Positions 10,301 to 17,505 of a stretch of 64,000 nt of DNA are shown one piece after another. Below the pieces are notes generated by a model that was not told where the DNA came from, made no database searches, and saw nothing but the letters and a program-made list of their open reading frames with translations. This DNA is from Patescibacteria group bacterium (GTDB lineage: Bacteria; Patescibacteriota; Minisyncoccia; UBA6257; UBA9933): contig JBBTYQ010000005.1 in assembly GCA_038078555.1 (NCBI GenBank), forward strand, positions 6,266 to 70,265, written 5' to 3'. The stretch's first letter is position 1, and every line of letters begins with the position of its first letter. A program made the translations under genes and the position numbers.

Positions 10301-11482
10301 GCGGAAATTTGCGTAAAAGTTCCTTCAGGCATTCCAACCGGCAGCCAGCCGACAAAAGTTCGAACTAATAATACTTATGATTCCAACACCAAAACGTTTA
10401 CCGTTAATTCTACTGTGCCTAATGATCCGACTAATTTAAACCAATTTAAAGAAAATGGGACAACGATGATTCCCGCCGGCGGGACAACTGTTTCTTCCAA
10501 TGTTGTGCTTAAAGCCACTTCTACTGCTTCGTTAAGCATCAATATGCTTTTGCAAGTCGAAGTTGAGGCAACTGGCGCATCTTTTGACGGCATTGGAATT
10601 ATTGACGGTCCGGTTTGTACTGGTTGCACTTCCACTTCAACCGCTGTAAATGTTGCCGGTCTTTCTGACGGCACGAAACATTGGCGGGCGCGCACAAAAA
10701 ACACTTCTACCAGTGAATATTCTAATTGGGTTTATTATGGCACCAGCGATATTAATGAAACTGATTTTAAAATAGACTCCACAGCGCCGACTATTACTTT
10801 TACGCCAACTGACACTTGTGCTGGCGGTCAAAGCAATCTCGGTTCTAACAGCGTGACTATTAACTGGTCTCTTAACGAGCAAGCCAACGGCCAAGCAGAA
10901 TACAGCACTAATTCTGATTTGAGCGGCAGTATCAATTATCCAATTCCGGCAAGCGCCACTTCCACTTCGCATGCAATTATTTTAAGTAATCTTAATTCAG
11001 GCACCACTTATTATTACAAGGCAAAATCTCAGGATAATGCCGGCAATTTAGCAAATCGTCCATCAGCCCAGCCTTATTGTTCGTTTACAACAGGCAGCGT
11101 AACTCAGCCGGCAAAAACCACGAAATTTTTTGTAATCGGCGCTACTAGCACGATTGCCGGTGGCAGTACCGCTTCAACTAGTTTTGCGGTTTATATGCCA
11201 GAAACAGCAGCTTCTACCACTAGCGCGTTCGCAGTAATTAGGGGCATATATGATACAACAGGTTCTTCACCGAATAAAATAGGCATTCAAATAAATTCTC
11301 AAGCAGTCAAATACTATGAAATACCTTTGATTTTAGGAAAAGGACATTTCAAATTTATTTATCAAATTATTACTTTAAATGTTGATCCAACAACAAATAC
11401 TCTTTATATTACTCCCGAAGCTAATACATCAGTTAATGTATCATCTGTAGATGTATCTGTTACATATAAATATTCACCGTAA
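7355..11482 (+). CDS. giant secreted surface protein (1375 aa): N-terminal W-x-G-x-x-W repeat region, IPT/TIG-like domains, FN3 domain, uncharacterised C-terminal domain
   Basis: Signal peptide/anchor (FFIFIIVFGLAFSNLPYNAA). Repeated CWNGTSWTNEW / VWSGTTWGNEP / VWSGSAWTNTA / SGTTWTTQSDW blocks suggest a propeller. ISGYGFG, LQGDHFG and VLGNHFC resemble IPT/TIG. INWSLNEQANGQAEYS...GTTYYYKAKSQDNAGN resembles FN3. Thr/Ser/Gly/Ala-rich. Confidence 0.8.
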   Translation: MKLFKKTIKKFFIFIIVFGLAFSNLPYNAAMTVLQSYIDNRNVVDKIWVASYDGNVVDKFVPFENVIRNLKIKDALAVSNGDAKIFYSISANTTPRTRDYISSTNSFNTAATTVAGATALQVVTKASPTKDEMIAGYVNSAGTLQVACWNGTSWTNEWSVASGGTGTTRRFDIAYETNSGDAMVLYSTNVGTTNELAYRTKPGASACGSANWSAATNLDPVRTSGIVHWVKLAHDRRAAQNLITAIWADANADLSAMVWSGTTWGNEPTAALETALEIVTAGQDVESFDVEYESLSGDVMIVRGSGGTNGTNGGYYSTCTGGTSACTWTTRTAMPTILDDTTHLDISANPNSDSILFGAIGNAGADLSRGVWSGSAWTNTANADTSSAGPLAGTKFVATGWLISGANTRGVLVYYDSAAVNIGWSTVSGTTWTTQSDWVPTPAFGVQKNYDIKMDPINKDRLIFTVNDANSDIFAKRLILSGTTFTWSNADGSAAIEANTGSAIYKSFNFEYNRYIPAPTNTLTIGVTAGSKVTAINSGDTSVYANTTGCTSAATCAAFTLNVSNTSVTVGSIKITETGSANATSDLSQLALFYDTDGNYSNGITGQYGATVASFTSEAATVSGSLALTPATTYYFYTRFNASSTISYPKGGQTVNFQIAANGDVTLSSGSATISGAPQSMAGTTTILPKVSSVSYGAGLSDGARSSEAITISGYGFGVAPGGSRANCAGAVDTGCVRFLVGGADTVADASISSWSNTSVGLTISSTLATLGGASSLELVSGAQGTATDTTYYIYPNITSLVATSTNAAREYAAGDVDGLVMLQGDHFGSAQGTVAFTGAFGGGSATIHATAEGSCATGGWSAGSYSGNSVCIEVTPASIPDSVYSGSITLTRNSDSKTHPFSTFSIMPRIISNTPANGIVADVIQVLGNHFCQSGTCPTSPNRSDTSNNVKFGSTQALDSDFANQTGGAGACNGAGAGWTHAEICVKVPSGIPTGSQPTKVRTNNTYDSNTKTFTVNSTVPNDPTNLNQFKENGTTMIPAGGTTVSSNVVLKATSTASLSINMLLQVEVEATGASFDGIGIIDGPVCTGCTSTSTAVNVAGLSDGTKHWRARTKNTSTSEYSNWVYYGTSDINETDFKIDSTAPTITFTPTDTCAGGQSNLGSNSVTINWSLNEQANGQAEYSTNSDLSGSINYPIPASATSTSHAIILSNLNSGTTYYYKAKSQDNAGNLANRPSAQPYCSFTTGSVTQPAKTTKFFVIGATSTIAGGSTASTSFAVYMPETAASTTSAFAVIRGIYDTTGSSPNKIGIQINSQAVKYYEIPLILGKGHFKFIYQIITLNVDPTTNTLYITPEANTSVNVSSVDVSVTYKYSP

Positions 11483-11531
11483 TTTTTTAATTAACATTTA
11501 TAAATATTAATTAAATTTAATAATTAAAGGT

Positions 11532-14500
11532 ATGAAAAAATTATTATATGCTTTTGTTTTATTTTTCTGTATAAGTATTATTTTTGCCACTACGGTTTTT
11601 GCTGAAATTGCGCCTGTGCAATCATGGGCAGTTCGGTATAATGGAATAGGTAATAGGCATGATTATAGTAAGAAGATTGCCGTAGATGTTTTAGGAAATG
11701 TTTATGTGACGGGCTATAGCGAGATTGGATATTATGCTTTTACTACTATTAAATATGATACTAATGGCAATCAATTGTGGGTAGCAAAATATGATAATGG
11801 TGGTAGCGACGTTCCAATTGACATTGTGATAGATATTTTAGGAAATGTTTATATAACAGCGGGGAACGGCTCTGATTATATTACGATAAAGTATGACACT
11901 AAAGGTAATCAACTTTGGGTAGTACGATATGATGGCGGGTCTTCAGATTACGTAAAAGACCTTTCAATTGATACCGTAGGAAACGTTTATGTGACAGGAT
12001 GGAGTTTTATCACGCATAGCGAATCGATTGGTTCTTATGATTATGTTACTGTAAAATATGATACTAATGGCAATCAATTATGGGTAGCAAAATATGATAA
12101 TAACAGAAAATATGACTTTGCAGCTGCTCTTTCAATTGATACCGTAGGAAACGTTTATGTGACAGGATGGAGCGATAGTGTGGCGGGTTCTTATGATTAT
12201 GTGATTATAAAGTACGACTCTAACGGCAACCAACTTTGGGTGGCAAGATACGATAACGGAGGAACTTTTCAGGGCGATATTTCAACTAGTATTGTGGTTG
12301 ATGCCCTGGGAAATGTTTATGTAACTGGATTTAGCCGTCCCGTGACAAATCCTTATCCCCACGATTTCTATGATTTTGCTACCGTAAAATACGATACCAA
12401 TGGCAACCAACTTTGGGTGGCAAGATACGATAATAAAGATGGTAATCAAATTATCGCCCTTACAATCGATACCTCGGGCAATATTTATGTCTCCGGGCGG
12501 AGTTATAATGATTACATTACAATAAAATATAATAATAACGGCAATCAAATATGGGTGGCAAAATATGATAATGGAGCTGGTTATAGAGTTGTCAATACAG
12601 TTGATGTTTTAGGAAATGTTTATGTAACAGGTGGAAATTCTATTATAAAGTATGATTATAATGGAAACCAATTATGGAAAGATAGATACGACGGAAATGC
12701 TGTTGATATTGTAATAGATTCATTAAGAAATATTTATGTGACTGGACATAGTTATAGTATTGCAAGTGGCGATGATTACCTCACGGTAAAATATACTACG
12801 AATAATAATTTTTGGTCTCAAATTCAAAATTCCTCAGCGGGATGGCTTAATCTTCGCAAAACACCTGGTAATCAAAACAAACCAGCAGACGATATTATCA
12901 AAACAGTTCCCAATGGTTGGGCAGTTAAAGTTGCAAGTACTACTAGTGAGGGTGGAAATTATATAGATTTAGACGGTTACCGTTGGTACAAAGCTGAAGA
13001 TGTTACTGATGGGGTCGTTGGTTGGATGGCGGCAAAATCTCTGCCTGATGAAATAATATATTTAGATTACGATTTCAATAATCAGTCAAATCTAGAACAA
13101 AAAGCCACGGCTCAACTTGATACTTCTGAAAAACGAAAACCAATAATACTTCAGGCAGTTGATAATTTTTATATTGTAAGCACCACTAATTCTCTTTATA
13201 GCGGAGGTGGCGGCTTGGACGGTTTAAATAATTTCCAAAAATTTATTCAAGGAGCAAACTTCTTGAAAGAATTCGTTCTAGCAATTACAGCCGAGGAATC
13301 AGGGCCGAGCTTTAATAATGAAATATGCTCCAACGCGCTAGACGGCGGCATAGGAATTATACAAATCACATCCTTGGGATTTAAGGGACTTGGCAGTGGT
13401 TTATATAATAAGCCGAAATTAACTGATTGCGATAAAAACACAATTGGCTGGACTGGTAATTTAAGCAAATATTATTCAAACGCCGTCCAAGGTATTTACG
13501 CCAATATTAAAGACGGTTTTCGCGTTCTCCAAGAGAAATATCGCAGCCAGTGTTTTGAAGAAGTATCTGGCGGGCTTTATTTTAATTGCAATGATATAAG
13601 GAGAATTTTGACTATTTGGGGTTATAACGGTTTTGGCGATGAAAGCGGAAGTTATTTAAATAAAATAGCAGCAAGACTTGAAACGTTATCGAGTTATTTC
13701 AGTGGCATTGCTTATCCAGATACAGACCAGTTTATTCAGAAATTAAGAAAAGCTGATAGGCAAAAAATATTAGCTCTTCTTAAAAGCCCCGGCGAGCTTC
13801 AAATAGAAGATAAAAATGGCAACATTACCGGAGTTGTCGATAGCGTTATTCAAGAAAATATCCCTAATTCTCTTTACGAAAAAGACTATAAAGGCATTGC
13901 AATTTTCTTTCCAAAAAATCCCTATATTTATCGCGTAATTGGCACTAGCAGCGGCGCTTACGGCTTTAATGTTGATTTTTTCAATGATGATATTACCCAA
14001 TCTTTCAGAGCCAAAGATATCCCAATTACTCTTGGCGAAATTCATGAATATTATATTGATTGGGACGCTTTATTAAATGGAGAAGCGGGCACTACGCTTC
14101 AAATAGACCAGAACGGTGATAAAATCGTTGATAAAACTTTTATTTCTGATGAAACCTTTGAACCGGAAGACATTTTTCTCCAATCGCAGACATTAATCGA
14201 TTTTGAACCGAATGTTTTAAATTTAGAAAGCAACGGCATTGCCACGACTTATATTGAATTGCCGATTGGATGCAATATTAATGACATAGGCACTTCGTCA
14301 ATACGATTAAATAAGGTTGTCCACATATTATCAAAACCGATAGAAATCGGAGATTACGATAAAGATGGCATATCAGATTTGATGATAAAATTTGAAAGAG
14401 AAAATATAAAATCTGCTGTTATTGTAGGTGAGAAAATACCCATAATTATTACTGGTAAAGTTCTTTGTAATGGAAATTATTATCATTTTAAAGGCCAGGA

Positions 14501-14633
14501 TATTATCAAAATAATAAACAATAAAGCAGAGATTGTGCCAAATTCAGTAGTTTCGCGCTGGGCGTTGGTGCAAAAAATATTTAATAATGCGGGAGAAAAA
14601 GTGATTGCTATGTTTTATAGAATATTGAAATAA
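11532..14633 (+). CDS. secreted SBBP beta-propeller / SH3-like / lytic transglycosylase (GH23 SLT-like) multidomain protein (1033 aa)
   Basis: Signal peptide (FVLFFCISIIFATTVFA). 7-8 repeats of GNVYVTG...DY.T.KYD.NGNQLWVA.YD. SH3b-like segment (GWLNLRKTPG...GYRWYKAEDVTDGVVGWMAA). SLT motifs AEESG, GIGIIQIT and WGYNGFG. Confidence 0.8.
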   Translation: MKKLLYAFVLFFCISIIFATTVFAEIAPVQSWAVRYNGIGNRHDYSKKIAVDVLGNVYVTGYSEIGYYAFTTIKYDTNGNQLWVAKYDNGGSDVPIDIVIDILGNVYITAGNGSDYITIKYDTKGNQLWVVRYDGGSSDYVKDLSIDTVGNVYVTGWSFITHSESIGSYDYVTVKYDTNGNQLWVAKYDNNRKYDFAAALSIDTVGNVYVTGWSDSVAGSYDYVIIKYDSNGNQLWVARYDNGGTFQGDISTSIVVDALGNVYVTGFSRPVTNPYPHDFYDFATVKYDTNGNQLWVARYDNKDGNQIIALTIDTSGNIYVSGRSYNDYITIKYNNNGNQIWVAKYDNGAGYRVVNTVDVLGNVYVTGGNSIIKYDYNGNQLWKDRYDGNAVDIVIDSLRNIYVTGHSYSIASGDDYLTVKYTTNNNFWSQIQNSSAGWLNLRKTPGNQNKPADDIIKTVPNGWAVKVASTTSEGGNYIDLDGYRWYKAEDVTDGVVGWMAAKSLPDEIIYLDYDFNNQSNLEQKATAQLDTSEKRKPIILQAVDNFYIVSTTNSLYSGGGGLDGLNNFQKFIQGANFLKEFVLAITAEESGPSFNNEICSNALDGGIGIIQITSLGFKGLGSGLYNKPKLTDCDKNTIGWTGNLSKYYSNAVQGIYANIKDGFRVLQEKYRSQCFEEVSGGLYFNCNDIRRILTIWGYNGFGDESGSYLNKIAARLETLSSYFSGIAYPDTDQFIQKLRKADRQKILALLKSPGELQIEDKNGNITGVVDSVIQENIPNSLYEKDYKGIAIFFPKNPYIYRVIGTSSGAYGFNVDFFNDDITQSFRAKDIPITLGEIHEYYIDWDALLNGEAGTTLQIDQNGDKIVDKTFISDETFEPEDIFLQSQTLIDFEPNVLNLESNGIATTYIELPIGCNINDIGTSSIRLNKVVHILSKPIEIGDYDKDGISDLMIKFERENIKSAVIVGEKIPIIITGKVLCNGNYYHFKGQDIIKIINNKAEIVPNSVVSRWALVQKIFNNAGEKVIAMFYRILK
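11622..12807 (+). repeat. tandem coding repeats (SBBP-type propeller blades) with exact DNA sub-repeats
   Basis: NGNQ(L/I)W recurs 7 times. A 44-nt exact DNA repeat occurs at 11961-12004 and 12129-12172. A near-identical roughly 48-nt block occurs at 11751-11798 and 12054-12101. Confidence 0.85.
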
Positions 14634-14652
14634 AATAAAGCAATAGTAATTT

Positions 14653-15942
14653 ATGGATATAAGAGAATTATTTCAAAACAAAGGAAGATTTTATTTTTTA
14701 TTATTTTCTATTGGTTTTTTGATTTTTTTAACGGCGATTAAAGCATTAGCAGTTGACCAGATCAAATCCACCGAATTTTTTGTTTCTTCTTCCGAATCTC
14801 AAATATCTTCAGCCACTAGCACTGATTTTACTATTTACATCGGCGATAATTTAGCCGGAGTTTCTAATCCCGTAAAATCCGCTTATTTTGAAGTATCCGG
14901 AGTTTATACCGGCAGCGGTTCTTTGGAATTAAAAATCGACAACGACACAGCCACTTCCAAAACTTTTTCGTTGCCCAATGTCGGCGCCACTCCAACTCCA
15001 TATGAGATAATTTACAAAGACGATACCAATAAAATCAATCCATCTTCAGCCGGCTCTTACAATTACACTTTAAATATTATTCCCACCGGAATCACTATTT
15101 CCGGATTAGGCGCGGAGATGAAGTTGACTCACAGATATGTTCCGCCTTCTTGTCCTGATGGCCAGCCGACTAACGAAAAAATCAAATCCACCGAATTTTT
15201 TGTTTCTTCTTCCGAATCTCAAATATCTTCAGCCACTAGCACTGATTTTACTATTTACATCGGCGATAATTTAGCCGGAGTTTCTAATCCCGTAAAATCC
15301 GCTTATTTTGAAGTATCCGGAGTTTATACCGGCAGCGGTTCTTTGGAATTAAAAATCGACAACGACACAGCCACTTCCAAAACTTTTTCGTTGCCCAATG
15401 TCGGCGCCACTCCAACTCCATATGAGATAATTTACAAAGACGATACCAATAAAATCAATCCATCTTCAGCCGGCTCTTACAATTACACTTTAAATATTAT
15501 TCCCACCGGAATCACTATTTCCGGATTAGGCGCGGAGATGAAGTTGACTCACAGATATAAGCCGCCGAATTGCGGCGGTGGTTATCCGGCAACTGGAGAT
15601 TTAATTTCTTTGGTTTTTGATACTGGCATTGAAGGCGCGGCTTATAATTCAGTAATGTTTAAAGGTACAAAGCCAGTCAACACAAAAGTAAGGTTTCAAT
15701 TTGCCACTTCCAATAATTCCGGCGGGCCGTGGAGTTATATCGGCGGCGCGACTTGTGCGGTTGGTGATTGGTATGATGTGCCTAATGTTGATTCTCCGGT
15801 AGAAATCACTTGTGCTCCTTCCAGTCATAATAATCAACGATATTTCAGGTATAAAATTCAGTTATGTTCGGCGTCGGATTGTTCGAGCGGCGGCAGTGAT
15901 ACGCCTAGCGTGACAGATGTAGTTGTTAGTTGGTCTCCGTAA
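14653..15942 (+). CDS. secreted/anchored protein (429 aa) with two identical copies of an uncharacterised domain plus a C-terminal Cys-containing domain
   Basis: N-terminal TM (FYFLLFSIGFLIFLTAIKALA). Residues IKSTEFFVSSSE...MKLTHRY occur twice. The C-terminal region contains RYFRYKIQLCS. Confidence 0.75.
   Translation: MDIRELFQNKGRFYFLLFSIGFLIFLTAIKALAVDQIKSTEFFVSSSESQISSATSTDFTIYIGDNLAGVSNPVKSAYFEVSGVYTGSGSLELKIDNDTATSKTFSLPNVGATPTPYEIIYKDDTNKINPSSAGSYNYTLNIIPTGITISGLGAEMKLTHRYVPPSCPDGQPTNEKIKSTEFFVSSSESQISSATSTDFTIYIGDNLAGVSNPVKSAYFEVSGVYTGSGSLELKIDNDTATSKTFSLPNVGATPTPYEIIYKDDTNKINPSSAGSYNYTLNIIPTGITISGLGAEMKLTHRYKPPNCGGGYPATGDLISLVFDTGIEGAAYNSVMFKGTKPVNTKVRFQFATSNNSGGPWSYIGGATCAVGDWYDVPNVDSPVEITCAPSSHNNQRYFRYKIQLCSASDCSSGGSDTPSVTDVVVSWSP
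14761..15558 (+). repeat. perfect 378-bp direct repeat (14761-15138 and 15181-15558), 420-bp period, in frame
   Basis: Line-by-line comparison shows 378/378 identity. A 42-bp non-repeated linker (15139-15180) separates the copies. Confidence 0.95.
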
Positions 15943-15965
15943 TTAGCTTATTAGCTTGATAGTTT
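15942..15965 (+). promoter_or_regulatory. phased 8-nt AGCT repeat array (3 units), followed directly by an ATG
   Basis: ATTAGCTT ATTAGCTT GATAGTTT, then ATG at 15966. Confidence 0.5.
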
Positions 15966-16018
15966 ATGAAAAATTTTAAAGATTCATTATTAATATCAAA
16001 AATTAAATAAATTGAAAA

Positions 16019-16600
16019 ATGCTTCCTTCTTTTTTATCTAAAATTATGGAATCAAATAAGCTAACGAGCTGTCAAACTAACAAGCAGAATAATGGCTTTA
16101 CTCTCTTAGAGCTTTTAGTTTATGTCGCAATCTTGTCAGTTGTGACTATAATACTTAGCGATATTTTTATTTCTTTCAGTCGCGGCAGGGGACAGTCGGA
16201 AGCTTATTCTGAGGTCAATTCCAATATAATGTTTACTATTGAAAAAATCAGCCAAGATTTAAGGTCCGCCACGTCTTCCGTGGCAATTACTATGCCTATC
16301 AGTACCAGTACGCCAACTAATATTTTGTCTGCTGTTGTCGGTGCCAGTACGATTACCTATGCAACGAGTACCGCTGGTCAACTGTTAAGAACCGTTGGCA
16401 GTGATTCTTATTCCATTACCTCTGACTTGGTTAATGTGGATGCGCTAACCTTCAAGCGCTTGGAAAATATAAATCCGGTTTTTGGCGTGAATATGGCTTT
16501 TACGAGTGTTGAGATAAATATTACGATGAGTTATAAGAGCCAAAGTCCGGATTGGCAATATTCTCAGAGTAAGAAAACCACGATAGGAATCAGGAATTAG
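16019..16600 (+). CDS. type IV pilin-like protein (minor pilin / pseudopilin)
   Basis: Prepilin motif NNG-FTLLELLVYVAILSVV. The true start may be the ATG at 16046 (MESNKLTSCQTNKQNNG leader). Confidence 0.7.
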   Translation: MLPSFLSKIMESNKLTSCQTNKQNNGFTLLELLVYVAILSVVTIILSDIFISFSRGRGQSEAYSEVNSNIMFTIEKISQDLRSATSSVAITMPISTSTPTNILSAVVGASTITYATSTAGQLLRTVGSDSYSITSDLVNVDALTFKRLENINPVFGVNMAFTSVEINITMSYKSQSPDWQYSQSKKTTIGIRN

Positions 16601-16605
16601 GAATT

Positions 16606-16995
16606 ATGAATAATGAATCAAATAAAATTAAATCTTTTGTCGATTTAGATGTCTGGAAGGAGGGGCATAAAATGGTTCTAGATATTTATGAAATTACTAA
16701 ACATTTTCCCAGAGAAGAGCAATTTGGATTAATTATCCAATTACAAAGAGCAGCCGTTTCTTTTACATCAAACATAGCGGAGGGATTCAGTAGAAACTCT
16801 TATAAAGAAAAAGTACAATTTTATTCGATAGCTTTAGGTTCGCTTACCGAAATACAAAATCAATTATTAATAGCAAAAGATATCGGTTATATTACATGCG
16901 AAAATTTTGATAATCTTTTTGACCAGACAGTAAAAGTTAGCAGAATCGCCAATGGTCTTATTAAAAAATCTAAATTCATAATTCAAAATTCATGA
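16606..16995 (+). CDS. four-helix-bundle protein (23S rRNA intervening-sequence protein family)
   Basis: Family signature: DLDVWKEGHKMVLDIYEITKHFPREEQFGLIIQLQRAAVSFTSNIAEGFSR...EKVQFYSIALGSLTEIQNQLLIA. Confidence 0.85.
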   Translation: MNNESNKIKSFVDLDVWKEGHKMVLDIYEITKHFPREEQFGLIIQLQRAAVSFTSNIAEGFSRNSYKEKVQFYSIALGSLTEIQNQLLIAKDIGYITCENFDNLFDQTVKVSRIANGLIKKSKFIIQNS

Positions 16996-17432
16996 TTCAT
17001 AATTCTCAAAAAGGAGCCGCCACTTTACCAACTATTATCGCTTTAACCATTTTAATTCTCGCGGTAGGCATCGGCATTACCGCTGTCAGTTTTACCGAAA
17101 GTTTTATTTCCGCAGGTCAAAACCAATCAACCAGAGCTTTATTTTACGCTGAAGCCGGAGCGCGCGATGCTTTGATGCGGATTGCGCGCAATAAAAATTA
17201 TTATTGTACCAGCCCCTCAGCCGGCTGTTATCAGATAGATTTTGTTTCTAGCGGATGTTCAACAAATGAAGGCTGTGCTAAAATAACAGTGAGTGATGCA
17301 AGTTCGCCAAAAGTAATTATTTCCGAAGGCCGAGTGAATAGTAATATCAGAAAAGTTCAGGCTGATGTTTATTTTGACGCCGCGTTTAACGGAGAAATAA
17401 ATAACATTCAGTGGCAAGAACTGACGAATTAA
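16992..17432 (+). CDS. PilX-like pilus minor component
   Basis: ATGA overlap with the previous stop. Hydrophobic N-terminus (GAATLPTIIALTILILAVGIGITAV) followed by ALFYAEAGARDAL, the same pattern as ORF 42938. Confidence 0.55.
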   Translation: MIHNSQKGAATLPTIIALTILILAVGIGITAVSFTESFISAGQNQSTRALFYAEAGARDALMRIARNKNYYCTSPSAGCYQIDFVSSGCSTNEGCAKITVSDASSPKVIISEGRVNSNIRKVQADVYFDAAFNGEINNIQWQELTN

Positions 17433-17505
17433 TTCAAATGAATTTTTAATTTATCGATTAATAGCCGAGAAACCAGCGAGCTATTAAATTATTAAATAAT
17501 AAACG

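Noticed and set aside
14761-15558. Considered whether the 420-bp periodic repeat could be a CRISPR-like or satellite array
   Set aside because: There are only two copies, the unit is far too long, it is in frame within a coding region, and it has no short spacer structure. It is a coding domain duplication.
15966-16010. 14-codon mini-ORF (MKNFKDSLLISKIK) starting right after the AGCT units upstream of the pilin-like gene
   Set aside because: It is too short and AT-rich to support as a gene. It has no SD and could equally be non-coding leader. It is mentioned only as context for the repeat array.
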